Positions 10,799 through 20,419 are shown, numbered from the stretch's first letter. The stretch is DNA of 64,000 nt from an uncultured Candidatus Saccharibacteria bacterium (GCA_964490245.1 CAZBAF010000005.1:3216-67215); one strand, 5' to 3'. Numbers and translations: made by a program. The notes: a model not told the origin generated them from the letters alone.

Positions 10799-11452
10799 AT
10801 GGCTGCATATAATACTGATTTAAGCAAAGACCCGCAACTGGCTGAGGCGTACAGGCCGGGTTGTCATGATATCGATTTGGGCGGCGTAGTGACGATTCAT
10901 CGTGCAGATCCCGAACTCTCCGCAATAGCTTATATCCTGGCCGGGAATAAAGATCAGTGGCTAAAACGTAAGGATTTCTTTGAACGCGATTATGTATCTT
11001 TGGTTGGTCAAGGGAGCGATAATGAGATTGTTGATCGGCTGAAGGTTCGTTTCGGGATCGGCGCAGGTAAGCTGATCGAGCTGAGCGGGGGCATAGTCGA
11101 GTCGTCCGGTCAGCGCGCAAATAAGAAATATCTGCTACCGGGTGCCGTAGAGGTGACGCTTGTGCCTAACGACGTAGCCGGCTGGACAAGTGCCACGGTT
11201 CATATGCCCGAAAAGGTGCAAGAGCCGCCGCAGCAGGAAGCGCCAGACGTCGGTTTGCGATTACGGGTCAGAAACTTTGTCATTCGGGGAGAGGGAGGAT
11301 TGGACGAACTTGCAGAGAGTATTCGCAATGGCGAAGGTGCAGAAGGTATTGCGCGATCAGGACTTCGGGAGGCTTTATGGGAGGACGGATACAGTCATAG
11401 CCCCTCAGCATTGGAGAGGTTTCAGGCAGTCGCTGCAATACTAAAGGGCTAG
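10799..11452 (+). CDS. hypothetical protein (217 aa)
   Basis: The start is moved to the ATG at 10799, preceded by ccaggaggcaag and a TATAAT at 10771. Confidence 0.55.
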   Translation: MAAYNTDLSKDPQLAEAYRPGCHDIDLGGVVTIHRADPELSAIAYILAGNKDQWLKRKDFFERDYVSLVGQGSDNEIVDRLKVRFGIGAGKLIELSGGIVESSGQRANKKYLLPGAVEVTLVPNDVAGWTSATVHMPEKVQEPPQQEAPDVGLRLRVRNFVIRGEGGLDELAESIRNGEGAEGIARSGLREALWEDGYSHSPSALERFQAVAAILKG

Positions 11453-11643
11453 ATGGTGCGGCAGCAGCTTTAGGAGCAGGCCGGTCAGGGGTGCCGGTGT
11501 TTATGGGCTCGACGGATGTGCTATAATAATCTTATGATTTTGCAAAAAGTGTGCAGTTTGCGTCTTCTCGCCCGTTAGGGCAGTTATTCTCTTTCTTTAT
11601 ACTTAGCGCTACACTTAACTAAAGTTTATATAAGGGTTTTTGC

Positions 11644-14076
11644 ATGCAACGATACAATCCAGTAGAAATCGAGCCGAAGTGGCAAAAAATTTGGGACGAA
11701 CGGCAGACATACCGGGCTGACCTGAATAGCGCCAAGCCCAAATATATTGCCATGAGCATGTTTAATTACCCAAGCGGGGCAGGCATTCACATCGGCCACG
11801 CCATGAACTACACCATATCTGACGTTATGGCACGGTATAAGCGTCAGCAGGGGTACGAAAGCTACCACCCGGTGGGTTGGGACGCCTTTGGTCTGCCGGC
11901 CGAGAATTATGCCATCAAAACCGGTGTCAGTCCGCAGGCCAGCATGGCCAAAATTATTCCGGATTACCATGTCCAGTACAAGGCGATGGGCTGGAGCAAT
12001 GACTGGTCTAAAGAGATTTCGACGCACGAGCCGATGTATTACAAGTGGACGCAGTGGATTTTTGCGCAGATGCATAAGCACGGTCTGGCTTATCAGGACG
12101 CGCGCATGCAGTGGTGGTGCGACAAGTGTCAGACCGTGCTTGCCAATGAACAGGTTATAGACGGCAAATGCTGGCGTCATGATGGGCCTGATGACCCGAT
12201 TGTCGAGAAAAAAGAGGTTAAACAGTGGTTCTTTAAGATAACCGAATATGCCGATGAACTGCTGGAAGCCACTGATGCGTTGGATTGGTCCGAGGTGGTC
12301 AAGACCGCGCAGAAGAACTGGATTGGCAAGAGCAAGGGTGCCGAGATTGATTTTGCCGTTGATGGCAGCGACGCAAACATCAAAGTCTTTACTACGCGGC
12401 CGGATACGCTGTTTGGGGCGACCTTTATGGTGCTGGCGCCGGAGCATGACTTGGTAGAAAAAATCACTACCGCTGAGCAAAAGGCAGCCGTTGACGCATA
12501 TGTAAAAGAAGCCACCAAAAAGACAGAGGTAGAGCGCCAGGCTGCCAAAGAAAAAACCGGCGTCTTTACCGGCTCATACGCAATCAATCCAATCAACGGG
12601 GAAAAAATCCCGGTCTGGGTGGCTGATTATGTACTAGCTGGCTATGGCACCGGCGCTATTATGGCCGTCCCGGCGCACGACGAGCGCGACAACGAGTTCG
12701 CCAAAAAGTTCGATTTGCCAATTATTGAGGTTGTAAAAACCGATGAAGACCCTACTAGTGAAGGAGTAATGGTCGGCTCGGGCGAGTATGATGGCATGAA
12801 AAGTTCTGATGCGCGGGAGAAGATAGTGGCGGATCTTGCAGTGAAGGGTCTGGCGACCGCCAAAACTACCTTTAAGATCCGCGATTGGAGCGTCAGCCGA
12901 CAGCGATATTGGGGTGCGCCAATCCCGATCATTAACTGTGAGAAGTGCGGTCCGGTATTGGTGCCGGACGATCAACTGCCGGTGGTGTTGCCAGAGCTCG
13001 AAGACTTTCAACCCAGCGGTGACGGCCGCAGCGCTTTGGCGCGGGCTACCGATTGGCTGGAGGTGGATTGCCCACAGTGCGGGGGACAAGCCGAGCGCGA
13101 GACCGACACGCTGGACACCTATATCTGCAGCAGCTGGTACTTTTTGCGCTACTTTGACCCAACCAACGAAGCAAAGATTTTTGACAGCGCCCGGGCCAAC
13201 AAGTGGATGCCCATAGACTTTTACAACGGCGGTGACCATGCTACCGCGCATATGATTTACGCCCGGTTTGTCACCCGCTTTTTCCATAAACTGGGCCTGG
13301 TGGACGATCCCGAACCGTTTAAGCGGTTTTTGTTTAACGGCAAGGTGACGGCCAGCGACGGCCAGATGTTCAGCAAGAGCAAGGGCAACGGTGTTGATCC
13401 GTTGGATATTATTAATCAGGGGTACGGTGCCGATGCGCTGCGGACTTACCTGATGTTTGCGGCGCCGCTTGATCTGTGGATCCGCTGGGATCCGCAGGGT
13501 GTGCCGGGGGCCTACCGGTTTATAAACCGGGTGTGGAATCTTGTTCAGGAGTACTTAAGCAGCCGACAACAAACGGCGGATGGAAAGCAGTCGGATGGTC
13601 CGCTGCGCGCTATGCATCCGGCGATTCGTAAGGTGACCGAGGATCTGGAAGACCAAAAGTACAATACCGCGATTGCCGCCATGATGAAGGCGACCAATGA
13701 TCTCTACGAACTCAAAGCCAAAGATGGTTTTACAGATAAAGACAGCTGGCAGTCTGCGCTCGAGAGTCTGGTGCAGCTGATTGCGCCGTTTGCGCCGCAC
13801 GCGGCGGACGAGCTGTGGCAGCAACTGGGTCACGAGGACAGTGTTCATATTGACCACTGGCCGGACTGGGAAGAAAAATATCTGGCACAGGATACCATCA
13901 CTATCGCGGTGCAGGTAAATGGCAGGCTGCGCTCTACCCTGCAGCTGCCTGCGGATATTGAAGAAGCTGATGCTATTGAGGCCGCCAAGAACGACGAAAA
14001 AGTAAAAGCCCACCTCAGCGGTGAGCCCAAAAAGGCCATCTACGTACCCAAACGGCTGGTCAATCTAGTGGTCTAG
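11644..14076 (+). CDS. leuS: leucine--tRNA ligase
   Basis: HIGH-type (HIGHAMNY) and KMSKS-type (FSKSKGN) motifs, 810 aa. Confidence 0.96.
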   Translation: MQRYNPVEIEPKWQKIWDERQTYRADLNSAKPKYIAMSMFNYPSGAGIHIGHAMNYTISDVMARYKRQQGYESYHPVGWDAFGLPAENYAIKTGVSPQASMAKIIPDYHVQYKAMGWSNDWSKEISTHEPMYYKWTQWIFAQMHKHGLAYQDARMQWWCDKCQTVLANEQVIDGKCWRHDGPDDPIVEKKEVKQWFFKITEYADELLEATDALDWSEVVKTAQKNWIGKSKGAEIDFAVDGSDANIKVFTTRPDTLFGATFMVLAPEHDLVEKITTAEQKAAVDAYVKEATKKTEVERQAAKEKTGVFTGSYAINPINGEKIPVWVADYVLAGYGTGAIMAVPAHDERDNEFAKKFDLPIIEVVKTDEDPTSEGVMVGSGEYDGMKSSDAREKIVADLAVKGLATAKTTFKIRDWSVSRQRYWGAPIPIINCEKCGPVLVPDDQLPVVLPELEDFQPSGDGRSALARATDWLEVDCPQCGGQAERETDTLDTYICSSWYFLRYFDPTNEAKIFDSARANKWMPIDFYNGGDHATAHMIYARFVTRFFHKLGLVDDPEPFKRFLFNGKVTASDGQMFSKSKGNGVDPLDIINQGYGADALRTYLMFAAPLDLWIRWDPQGVPGAYRFINRVWNLVQEYLSSRQQTADGKQSDGPLRAMHPAIRKVTEDLEDQKYNTAIAAMMKATNDLYELKAKDGFTDKDSWQSALESLVQLIAPFAPHAADELWQQLGHEDSVHIDHWPDWEEKYLAQDTITIAVQVNGRLRSTLQLPADIEEADAIEAAKNDEKVKAHLSGEPKKAIYVPKRLVNLVV

Positions 14077-14410
14077 CAGTCTTTTGGGTAGCTGGCACGT
14101 ACGGCAGGTGCGGGTTTTTAGCTGGCGGGCGGCAGCTCGGGATCTGTCTCGTCCGATATGGCGGGTTGTTGTTCCGTGCGGGCGGGATCTGCATTGCCTG
14201 CCGGCAGGATAGTGACATGGCCAAGCTGTCGGAAGGTGTTGTCCTCGGGCTGATGGCTGGGTTCTTTTCCGGGCCGGTGTAGGCTTTGCTGCAGCAGCGG
14301 GTCAATGGGCGCTTTGTTGCCCGTAGATGATCGTGATGTTTCTATGCAGTTGTTATATACCTAAATATCTGTTTTTGCAAGCACACAGCTGCCCGGGTAT
14401 GATATAGAGA

Positions 14411-14439
14411 TTGAAACAGAGAAGAAAATACGCTATAAT
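14411..14439 (+). promoter_or_regulatory. sigma70-type promoter upstream of rpmF
   Basis: TTGAAA-17 nt-TATAAT. Confidence 0.6.
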
Positions 14440-14476
14440 ACTCTAAAAGAAATAATTTAAGGAGTAATGTTTACTC

Positions 14477-14644
14477 ATGGGTAAGCCCAAGAAGAGGACT
14501 TCACATCGCAAGACCGGCCTGCGCCGGAGCCACCTGGTGGTCAAACTTGCCCGCAGCGTCAACGCAAAGTCGCCGGTCAAGGCCTTTACCACCGTACGCG
14601 AGTCCGGCCGCAGCAAATCCGCTGCTGACACAGCTGTCAAATAA
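14477..14644 (+). CDS. rpmF: 50S ribosomal protein L32 (55 aa, below the ORF-track cutoff)
   Basis: My own translation is MGKPKKRTSHRKTGLRRSHLVVKLARSVNAKSPVKAFTTVRESGRSKSAADTAVK, with the L32 signature K(R/K)RTS..R...RRSH. There is an aaggag RBS-like sequence upstream. Confidence 0.85.
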   Translation: MGKPKKRTSHRKTGLRRSHLVVKLARSVNAKSPVKAFTTVRESGRSKSAADTAVK

Positions 14645-14699
14645 GGTATACTTGTAACGACAAGGTACTATTTAGCGGAAAGTTTAACAAACCAATACT

Positions 14700-15179
14700 A
14701 TGGCTTCAAACCGACACTTAGGACGTATCGTTGCACTGCAGACGCTGTACGAGCAGGATTTTCGTCATGAAGCCGGTGACGCCAGCTTTGAGCTGCCGGA
14801 GGTACTGTCCCGAAATGTTTCGCGCTACCGCGAGACCATCGAGGACACGGAATTTATCGAACAGCTGGTGCGTGGCGTCAGCCAGCGTGCCGGCGAGTTG
14901 GATGCCGTCATCCAGCCGCTTGCGCCCGAGTGGCCGATCTCCCAGATCGCCCGTATGGACCGCGTCGTACTGCGTATTGGTGCGTATGAACTGTTGCATG
15001 CCAAGGATGTGCCGCCTAAAGTGGTCATCAACGAAGCAGTAGAACTTGCCAAAGCCTTTGGCGGCGACAACAGCTCCAAGTTTGTAAACGGTGTGCTGGG
15101 TTCGCTGCTTAGGCAAAAAGAAGGCGTAGCCGACGAAAAGCCCCAGCCGGACAAAGACAAGGCCGACGCTGCACTTTAG
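14700..15179 (+). CDS. nusB: transcription antitermination factor NusB
   Basis: [13 protein letters not shown]...[27 protein letters not shown]. Confidence 0.9.
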   Translation: MASNRHLGRIVALQTLYEQDFRHEAGDASFELPEVLSRNVSRYRETIEDTEFIEQLVRGVSQRAGELDAVIQPLAPEWPISQIARMDRVVLRIGAYELLHAKDVPPKVVINEAVELAKAFGGDNSSKFVNGVLGSLLRQKEGVADEKPQPDKDKADAAL

Positions 15180-15216
15180 CTAACTAAGATTAACCTAACT
15201 AAGAATTTCAACTTTT

Positions 15217-15801
15217 GTGAGCTCTGCACAACCTCAATCAAGCCCGAATCCAGGCAAGCCCGAACGGCACAGCAAGCGTGCCAGGATTAAGAATATGATG
15301 AAGCGGCCAACTGCCCCGATCAAGGGGTTTAAGACCTTTATTAACCGTCACCGCCCGGCTATCTCAGAGGTTCTGCGTGAGCCGACTGCCGGCGGTATTG
15401 TGTTTCGCCGTTCCAAAAACGGCAAGGATATCGAATTCCTGCTGATTCAGGATGCCAAAGGACGATGGACCATCCCGAAGGGGCATATCGAAGAGGGCGA
15501 AGAATCCAAAAAAACCGCCGAACGCGAAATCCGCGAAGAAACCGGCCTGCAGGAGATGGAAATCCTCCAGTGGCTGGGCAAAATCAACTTCCGCTACCGC
15601 CGCCAGACCAGTCTGGTGCTGATGACAACCGAGATTTTTCTGGTGCGGGCGCTGGGCGACAGTGACAAGCTGCAGCCCGAGGAGTGGATGAACGGCTGCG
15701 AATGGCTTAAGAGTGCCGACGCGCTGGACAAAATCGAATACGAAGACATCGGCAAGCTTATGCTGGTGGCGCTAAATAAAATACGAAAGGGAAATCTTTA
15801 A
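15217..15801 (+). CDS. NUDIX hydrolase
   Basis: Nudix box GHIEEGEESKKTAEREIREETGL. The start is uncertain: GTG at 15217 or ATG at 15295. Confidence 0.8.
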   Translation: MSSAQPQSSPNPGKPERHSKRARIKNMMKRPTAPIKGFKTFINRHRPAISEVLREPTAGGIVFRRSKNGKDIEFLLIQDAKGRWTIPKGHIEEGEESKKTAEREIREETGLQEMEILQWLGKINFRYRRQTSLVLMTTEIFLVRALGDSDKLQPEEWMNGCEWLKSADALDKIEYEDIGKLMLVALNKIRKGNL

Positions 15802-15807
15802 AAATTT

Positions 15808-16509
15808 ATGGATGTGGCTGCCTATCAGACATTTGCTAAGGATAAGCTTGGCTTTGAATTTAACGATACCGAACTGCTGATTACTGCCCTGACGCACCGC
15901 TCATACCTCAACGAACACCGCAGCACGGTGAAGGAGCACAACGAGCGGCTGGAGTTTTTGGGTGATGCGGTGCTGGAGCTGGTCGTTACCGAATATCTTT
16001 ATAATAACTATGCCGAGCCCGAGGGGATACTGACCAACTGGCGCAGCGCTTTGGTGCGTACCGAGAGCATCAGTGCGGCTGCCAGCGCCCTGGGCCTTGA
16101 GCCGTTGCTGCGTCTGAGCCGGGGCGAAAAGCGCGGCACCGAGCGCGCCCGGGCGCAGATTTTGGCCAACAGTTTTGAAGCCGTCGTTGGCGCCCTGTAC
16201 CTGGATAAGGGATATGATGCCGCCAAGCAGCTTATCGAGCGTATTATCCTGAGCACCTTTGCCAAAATACTCGAGACCGGTTCGTGGCTGGATCCCAAGT
16301 CGCGCCTGCAGGAACTGGCACAGAGCCAGCTGGGCTTTACGCCTTCGTACAAGGTTATGGACGAGGCCGGTCCGGATCATGACAAAACCTTTACCGTCGG
16401 CGTGTATGTAGACAGTCAATTGTTCGGTAAGGGGACGGGGCCGTCCAAGCAGGCTGCCCAGCAGGCCGCCGCCGAGAAGGCACTGGTCAAACTGGCCGCC
16501 ACGGCATAG
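15808..16509 (+). CDS. rnc: ribonuclease III
   Basis: ERLEFLGDAVL catalytic motif and a C-terminal dsRBD. Confidence 0.94.
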   Translation: MDVAAYQTFAKDKLGFEFNDTELLITALTHRSYLNEHRSTVKEHNERLEFLGDAVLELVVTEYLYNNYAEPEGILTNWRSALVRTESISAAASALGLEPLLRLSRGEKRGTERARAQILANSFEAVVGALYLDKGYDAAKQLIERIILSTFAKILETGSWLDPKSRLQELAQSQLGFTPSYKVMDEAGPDHDKTFTVGVYVDSQLFGKGTGPSKQAAQQAAAEKALVKLAATA

Positions 16510-16544
16510 TCAATCCCTACCGCCGATAGCGGGTTGTTCGGTAT

Positions 16545-16608
16545 AAAAATAACCGCCCTTTTTATGTAAAAAAGAGCGGCCGGGGTTTGCTGTTATTTAA
16601 GACCCTAT
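16545..16608 (-). ncRNA. candidate small RNA (~65 nt) bounded by promoter P2 and a terminator
   Basis: Minus-strand promoter P2 at 16615-16643 is followed by the leader gagaagatagggtc, then hairpin ccgctcttttt-tacat-aaaaagggcgg plus ttattttt. No ORF is present. Confidence 0.45.
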
Positions 16609-16614
16609 CTTCTC

Positions 16615-16643
16615 ATTGTAGCACACTTTGTATGGTTTGTCAA
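16615..16643 (-). promoter_or_regulatory. sigma70-type promoter P2 (TTGACA-N17-TGcTACAAT) with conserved leader
   Basis: The minus strand reads cttgacaaaccatacaaagtgtgctacaatgagaagatagggtc. Confidence 0.65.
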
Positions 16644-16772
16644 GAGGGGCATATCACCTCTGTAAACGCCCGATTTGCCAGGGGCTGTGCATAAGTCAAA
16701 TGAATTTGCCTGCACTATCAAGATCGGTGCGTGTACTATTACGCGTAATAGTCAAAGAATAAAAACGCCAAA

Positions 16773-17408
16773 ATGGCCAGCAAAAAACAAAAATCCAAGA
16801 TAGCCGCCGCGTCCGCCCTGACTGCCGTGGTGGTGTGCTGTATTAATATGGCCGGCGCGCTGGTTGCCTATAATCTCTTGTTACCTAAAGACCGCGGCGT
16901 ACAGCAGGCACCGCTTATTTCAAATGAGGCGGCACCGGTGGCCGCCCTGCCGACGCCCGATGCGCCCCAGCCGGCTGCGGCCGGCCCGACCCCGTCATCC
17001 GGTGTAGTCTCAAGTCAGCCGCTCAGGCTGCCGGACGAGCCGCTTAAGGTGGGCCAGACACCGCGCCCGACTGCCGTGGTGACCGACAGTAGCGGCCGGC
17101 AGGTATATCGCTGGTGCAGCGGCTTCAACCCCGACCTGGAGGACGGTGTCTGCCAGGCCATCATGAGCCTGGCCGCCAATCTGACTGAAAGCAATCCGCA
17201 CCTGGGCAAAAAGGCCCGCGAATCGCTGTCGCTGCTGCCCCGTGACGCTTCGTTCGTTATGGACGAAGGCAGCTGGTTGGCGAGCTCGCCAAATGCCGGG
17301 TCGATGATGGTGACCGCCCGAACCAAAGACTATGGTGATGTCCGGCTGAAGATTTTTATGGAAAAGCAAAATAACATTTGGGTACTGAGCGATGGCCAAC
17401 TTGCATAA
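16773..17408 (+). CDS. membrane-anchored hypothetical protein
   Basis: N-terminal TM helix, a proline/alanine-rich linker and a globular C-terminus. Confidence 0.6.
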   Translation: MASKKQKSKIAAASALTAVVVCCINMAGALVAYNLLLPKDRGVQQAPLISNEAAPVAALPTPDAPQPAAAGPTPSSGVVSSQPLRLPDEPLKVGQTPRPTAVVTDSSGRQVYRWCSGFNPDLEDGVCQAIMSLAANLTESNPHLGKKARESLSLLPRDASFVMDEGSWLASSPNAGSMMVTARTKDYGDVRLKIFMEKQNNIWVLSDGQLA

Positions 17409-17688
17409 AACCAGAACGCACCGGCGCGCGCATAAATTATGGAAGTTCTGCAGCGCCTATTACGCGGTGTCGGTCGTGGCGACTATTCTGTTTGTAGTGT
17501 ACGCGTATAAGGATATTCTATCGCTGCGGTTCAGGTCGGAGTTTTTTAGCGGGACGTATGATCACTCTGACGAGCTGGGCCGGCTGCCGCTACTGGGTAT
17601 TTCGGTGGCGGTGCTGATTGGATTGACGCTGCTGACCCAGGCCGGGCTGGTGTTTACGCGCATGGCAATAAGATTATTTAAGGTATAA
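17392..17688 (+). CDS. small membrane protein, hypothetical
   Basis: Two predicted TM helices. It overlaps the upstream gene by 17 nt. Confidence 0.5.
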   Translation: MANLHKTRTHRRAHKLWKFCSAYYAVSVVATILFVVYAYKDILSLRFRSEFFSGTYDHSDELGRLPLLGISVAVLIGLTLLTQAGLVFTRMAIRLFKV

Positions 17689-17701
17689 AAGGGGTAAAAG
17701 A

Positions 17702-18451
17702 ATGAGATCACAAACCAACACACGCGGATTTGCCCATCCTTTGCTGCTGCTGGTGGCACTGGTGGGTATTATGGGGCTGATCGGCTTTGCCGGATGCAAG
17801 GTTATGACCAAAGAAGATCCGGCTCAGCAAGAGGTTGCTGCCACATTGCCCGGTCATATTCTAATTAGCGGCAGCGGCGACAGTACCAGCGCCACCGAGG
17901 ATTCGCCTAGCACCATAACGGTCCGTCGGAGCGGCAGTGCCGCGGCAGAAGCCAGTCAGCAGCAGGCGGCCGGCAACGCCGCCGGTCAGAGCTTGCCCGA
18001 GTCCAAGCAGCTTGAGACAAAATATGATGTCTCAACACCGACCGGATCGCTGGGTCAGCTGATTTATGACGCAAAGGCCAAGCGGTTCAGTAATGTACTG
18101 TACTTTATAACGCCGCGGCTGATGTTCCGGGCTTATGATGTTGTCAGTGCGCAGAACATCGGTGATTTTGCCGCGCAGTGTCAGTCCAACAGCGCCTGCA
18201 AGTCACTGCTCATTACCGATGTATCGGTTGACCGATCACACCTGGATGAAAGCGAATGTTACGGCGAATCTTATAGTGTCGAATGTAAAAAGATCACCAC
18301 AAAAGTCACGCTTAAAGACGGCAAGTTTACCACGCTGTACTATAAGGCGGTCGGCAATGATATTCATCAGGTAACGATCTACATGCTGCGCTCGCCGGGT
18401 GCGCCCAACTGGGTGGTGGACAAGGTGTCGGTGAACGAGTTTACGCTGTAG
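17702..18451 (+). CDS. secreted or anchored hypothetical protein
   Basis: N-terminal hydrophobic segment and a Cys-containing C-terminal domain. Confidence 0.6.
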   Translation: MRSQTNTRGFAHPLLLLVALVGIMGLIGFAGCKVMTKEDPAQQEVAATLPGHILISGSGDSTSATEDSPSTITVRRSGSAAAEASQQQAAGNAAGQSLPESKQLETKYDVSTPTGSLGQLIYDAKAKRFSNVLYFITPRLMFRAYDVVSAQNIGDFAAQCQSNSACKSLLITDVSVDRSHLDESECYGESYSVECKKITTKVTLKDGKFTTLYYKAVGNDIHQVTIYMLRSPGAPNWVVDKVSVNEFTL

Positions 18452-18499
18452 CCTGCGGTCAGGGCGCCGCTCTTTGCCTTAGTGCCAGGGCGGATAGTC

Positions 18500-18528
18500 T
18501 TGACAACAGAGGTGGTTATCTGTAAAAT
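18500..18528 (+). promoter_or_regulatory. sigma70-type promoter upstream of rpsP
   Basis: TTGACA-17 nt-TAAAAT. Confidence 0.6.
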
Positions 18529-18568
18529 AGCCATCTGTATTACATAACTAAGAAGGGATGCAGCAGAA

Positions 18569-18997
18569 ATGCTCGTTATTCGTATGCAACGCATCGGCCG
18601 CAAGGGCCATGCACAATTCCGCGTTGTCGTTCAGGACAGTCGCCGGACCCCTACCAGCGGTAAGCTCGTGGCCATGCTTGGCAGCCACAACCCGCACAGC
18701 AAACAAACAGTTATCGACAAAGAAAAGGCCCAGTTCTATCTGGATCATGGCGCGCAGCCAACCAGCCGGACAGCTATGCTGTTAAAGGCTGAGGGTGTTA
18801 AGCTGCCTGACTGGGTCAAGATTGATACCGGCAAGCAGCGGGCTGTGCGCAACGCTGACAAGCGCCGCAGCACCCGACCGGCGGAAGAAGTCGCCGAAGA
18901 AACTCCGGCAGAGCCGGCCGAATCAGCCGAAGCACCGGCAGAGTCTGAGGCACCGGTTGCCGAAGAGGCGCCAGCTGAAGCCGCTGAAGCAGAATAA
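18569..18997 (+). CDS. rpsP: 30S ribosomal protein S16 with an Ala/Glu-rich C-terminal extension
   Basis: MLVIRMQRIGRKGHAQFRVVV... Confidence 0.93.
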   Translation: MLVIRMQRIGRKGHAQFRVVVQDSRRTPTSGKLVAMLGSHNPHSKQTVIDKEKAQFYLDHGAQPTSRTAMLLKAEGVKLPDWVKIDTGKQRAVRNADKRRSTRPAEEVAEETPAEPAESAEAPAESEAPVAEEAPAEAAEAE

Positions 18998-19092
18998 ACG
19001 CGTCGTCTAAAAAACATAAGCATTTTCATTGCCCCGCCGCTGAGGGTTCTTGTATAATGGACTCAGGAAATTAACACCCAGGGAGACCGTAC

Positions 19093-19515
19093 ATGAGCAA
19101 CAGTATCGACCAGCAATTCATAGAATATATCGTTAAGTCCCTAGTCGGAAAACCGGATGAAGTGGTGGTAGAGCGCCGTATCGACGAGAAAGGCGTTTTA
19201 TTGGAGCTGACTGTTGATCCCGAGGATCTGGGGCGGGTAATTGGCAAGCGCGGGGCGACTGCACAGTCTTTGCGGACGCTATTGCGGGCTTTGGGCACCA
19301 AGAACGATGCCCGTTATAATCTTAAGATTGTTGATAACGGCGCACCTGCAGAGGACCGCGGCAACGGAGACGGCTGGGCCAGCAGGCCGGATGCCGCTGA
19401 TGTATCTGCCGATGATACGGAAGACGCTGCACCGGATGAAGACAGCGATGATCGCAGTGCGGTTGTGTCCAAGACTCGTAAAGAGCTCGAAGACCTCGAC
19501 GACCTGGATATTTAG
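19093..19515 (+). CDS. KH-domain RNA-binding protein (YlqC/UPF0109-like) with an acidic tail
   Basis: GRVIGKRGATAQSLRTLL KH motif, in the conserved position between rpsP and trmD. Confidence 0.85.
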   Translation: MSNSIDQQFIEYIVKSLVGKPDEVVVERRIDEKGVLLELTVDPEDLGRVIGKRGATAQSLRTLLRALGTKNDARYNLKIVDNGAPAEDRGNGDGWASRPDAADVSADDTEDAAPDEDSDDRSAVVSKTRKELEDLDDLDI

Positions 19516-19622
19516 TCTTTTTCCTGGTGGCTGATAGTCGGAATGCCCGGTGTGGCGGGGTGTTGTGCATCATAGATGACTTGTAGATGTAAATACAAAA
19601 CAATGGTATAATATAAAAATCC

Positions 19623-20264
19623 ATGAAAATTCAAGTCATTACGCTTTTCCCTGAGGTGGTTGCGCCCTATCTTGGCGCCAGCATGCTTTGGAAGGCATCA
19701 GACAAGGGCATTGCCGAATACAGTGTCATAGATCTGCGTCAGTTTGGTCTCGGTGCGCGCAAGACGGTTGATGATACGCCCTATGGCGGCGGTGACGGCA
19801 TGCTGCTTAAACCCGAACCGGTAGTGGCGGCTATTGAGCACGCCAAAACAATCGACCCGGATGCGCTGGTGCTGCTGCCGACCCCGCGCGGAAAGTTATA
19901 TAAACAATCCGATGCCAAACGTTTGGCAGGCCTAAAGCGGGGGCTGATAATCGTCTGTCCGCGCTACGAGGGCTATGACGAGCGTATTACCAATTGGGTG
20001 GATGAGCAGATTTGTATTGGCAACTATGTGCTGACGGGCGGTGAGCTGCCGGCGCTGACAATTATTGATAGTGTGGTGCGGCTGCTGCCCGGAGTGCTTG
20101 GCGGCGAAACATCGGCAGATATAGAATCATTCCAGGCTGATGACCAGACGGTCGAGTTCCCGCAGTATACCCGCCCGGATGAATTCCGCGGCCATAAAGT
20201 ACCCGAAGTGCTGCGTAATGGCAATCATGCCGAAATTGCCAAGTGGCGCAAGGAAAACGTATGA
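19623..20264 (+). CDS. trmD: tRNA (guanine37-N1)-methyltransferase
   Basis: ITLFPE....YL..S....A.......DLR........VDD.PYGGG.GM. Confidence 0.93.
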   Translation: MKIQVITLFPEVVAPYLGASMLWKASDKGIAEYSVIDLRQFGLGARKTVDDTPYGGGDGMLLKPEPVVAAIEHAKTIDPDALVLLPTPRGKLYKQSDAKRLAGLKRGLIIVCPRYEGYDERITNWVDEQICIGNYVLTGGELPALTIIDSVVRLLPGVLGGETSADIESFQADDQTVEFPQYTRPDEFRGHKVPEVLRNGNHAEIAKWRKENV

Positions 20265-20314
20265 AGTTGAAGACAAGCAGGGACGAAGGGAAAAGAGCAG
20301 CCGGAGCGGCGGGC

Positions 20315-20419
20315 TATGCCCGCGCACCGCGCGTTGAGAAAAACCGTAGGTTTGTCTCAAACGGCGAAGCCGCTGATAACCACGCCGAAATCGCCAAGTG
20401 GCGCAAGGAAAACGTATGA
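20315..20419 (+). pseudogene. remnant of a second trmD 3' end
   Basis: In-frame translation gives YARAPRVEKNRRFVSNGEAADNHAEIAKWRKENV*. The last 42 nt match 20223-20264 at 39 of 42 positions, and the differences are synonymous. Confidence 0.7.

Noticed and set aside
11453-11643. An expected T-box leader upstream of leuS.
   Set aside because: No T-box consensus (..GGTGGTACCGCG..) or specifier/terminator architecture can be seen. There is only a promoter-like TGcTATAAT at 11519-11527.
11626-12480. A 284-aa minus-strand ORF, and similar long antisense ORFs inside htpX (3062-3766), ligA (4694-5377), rarA, typA and the repeat-protein genes.
   Set aside because: Each lies fully inside a strongly supported gene on the other strand. 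Long antisense frames of this kind are common in GC-rich coding sequence.
14060-14305. An 81-aa minus-strand ORF downstream of leuS.
   Set aside because: Low-complexity P/R/T-rich translation, overlap with the leuS stop, and no RBS. It is treated as non-coding.
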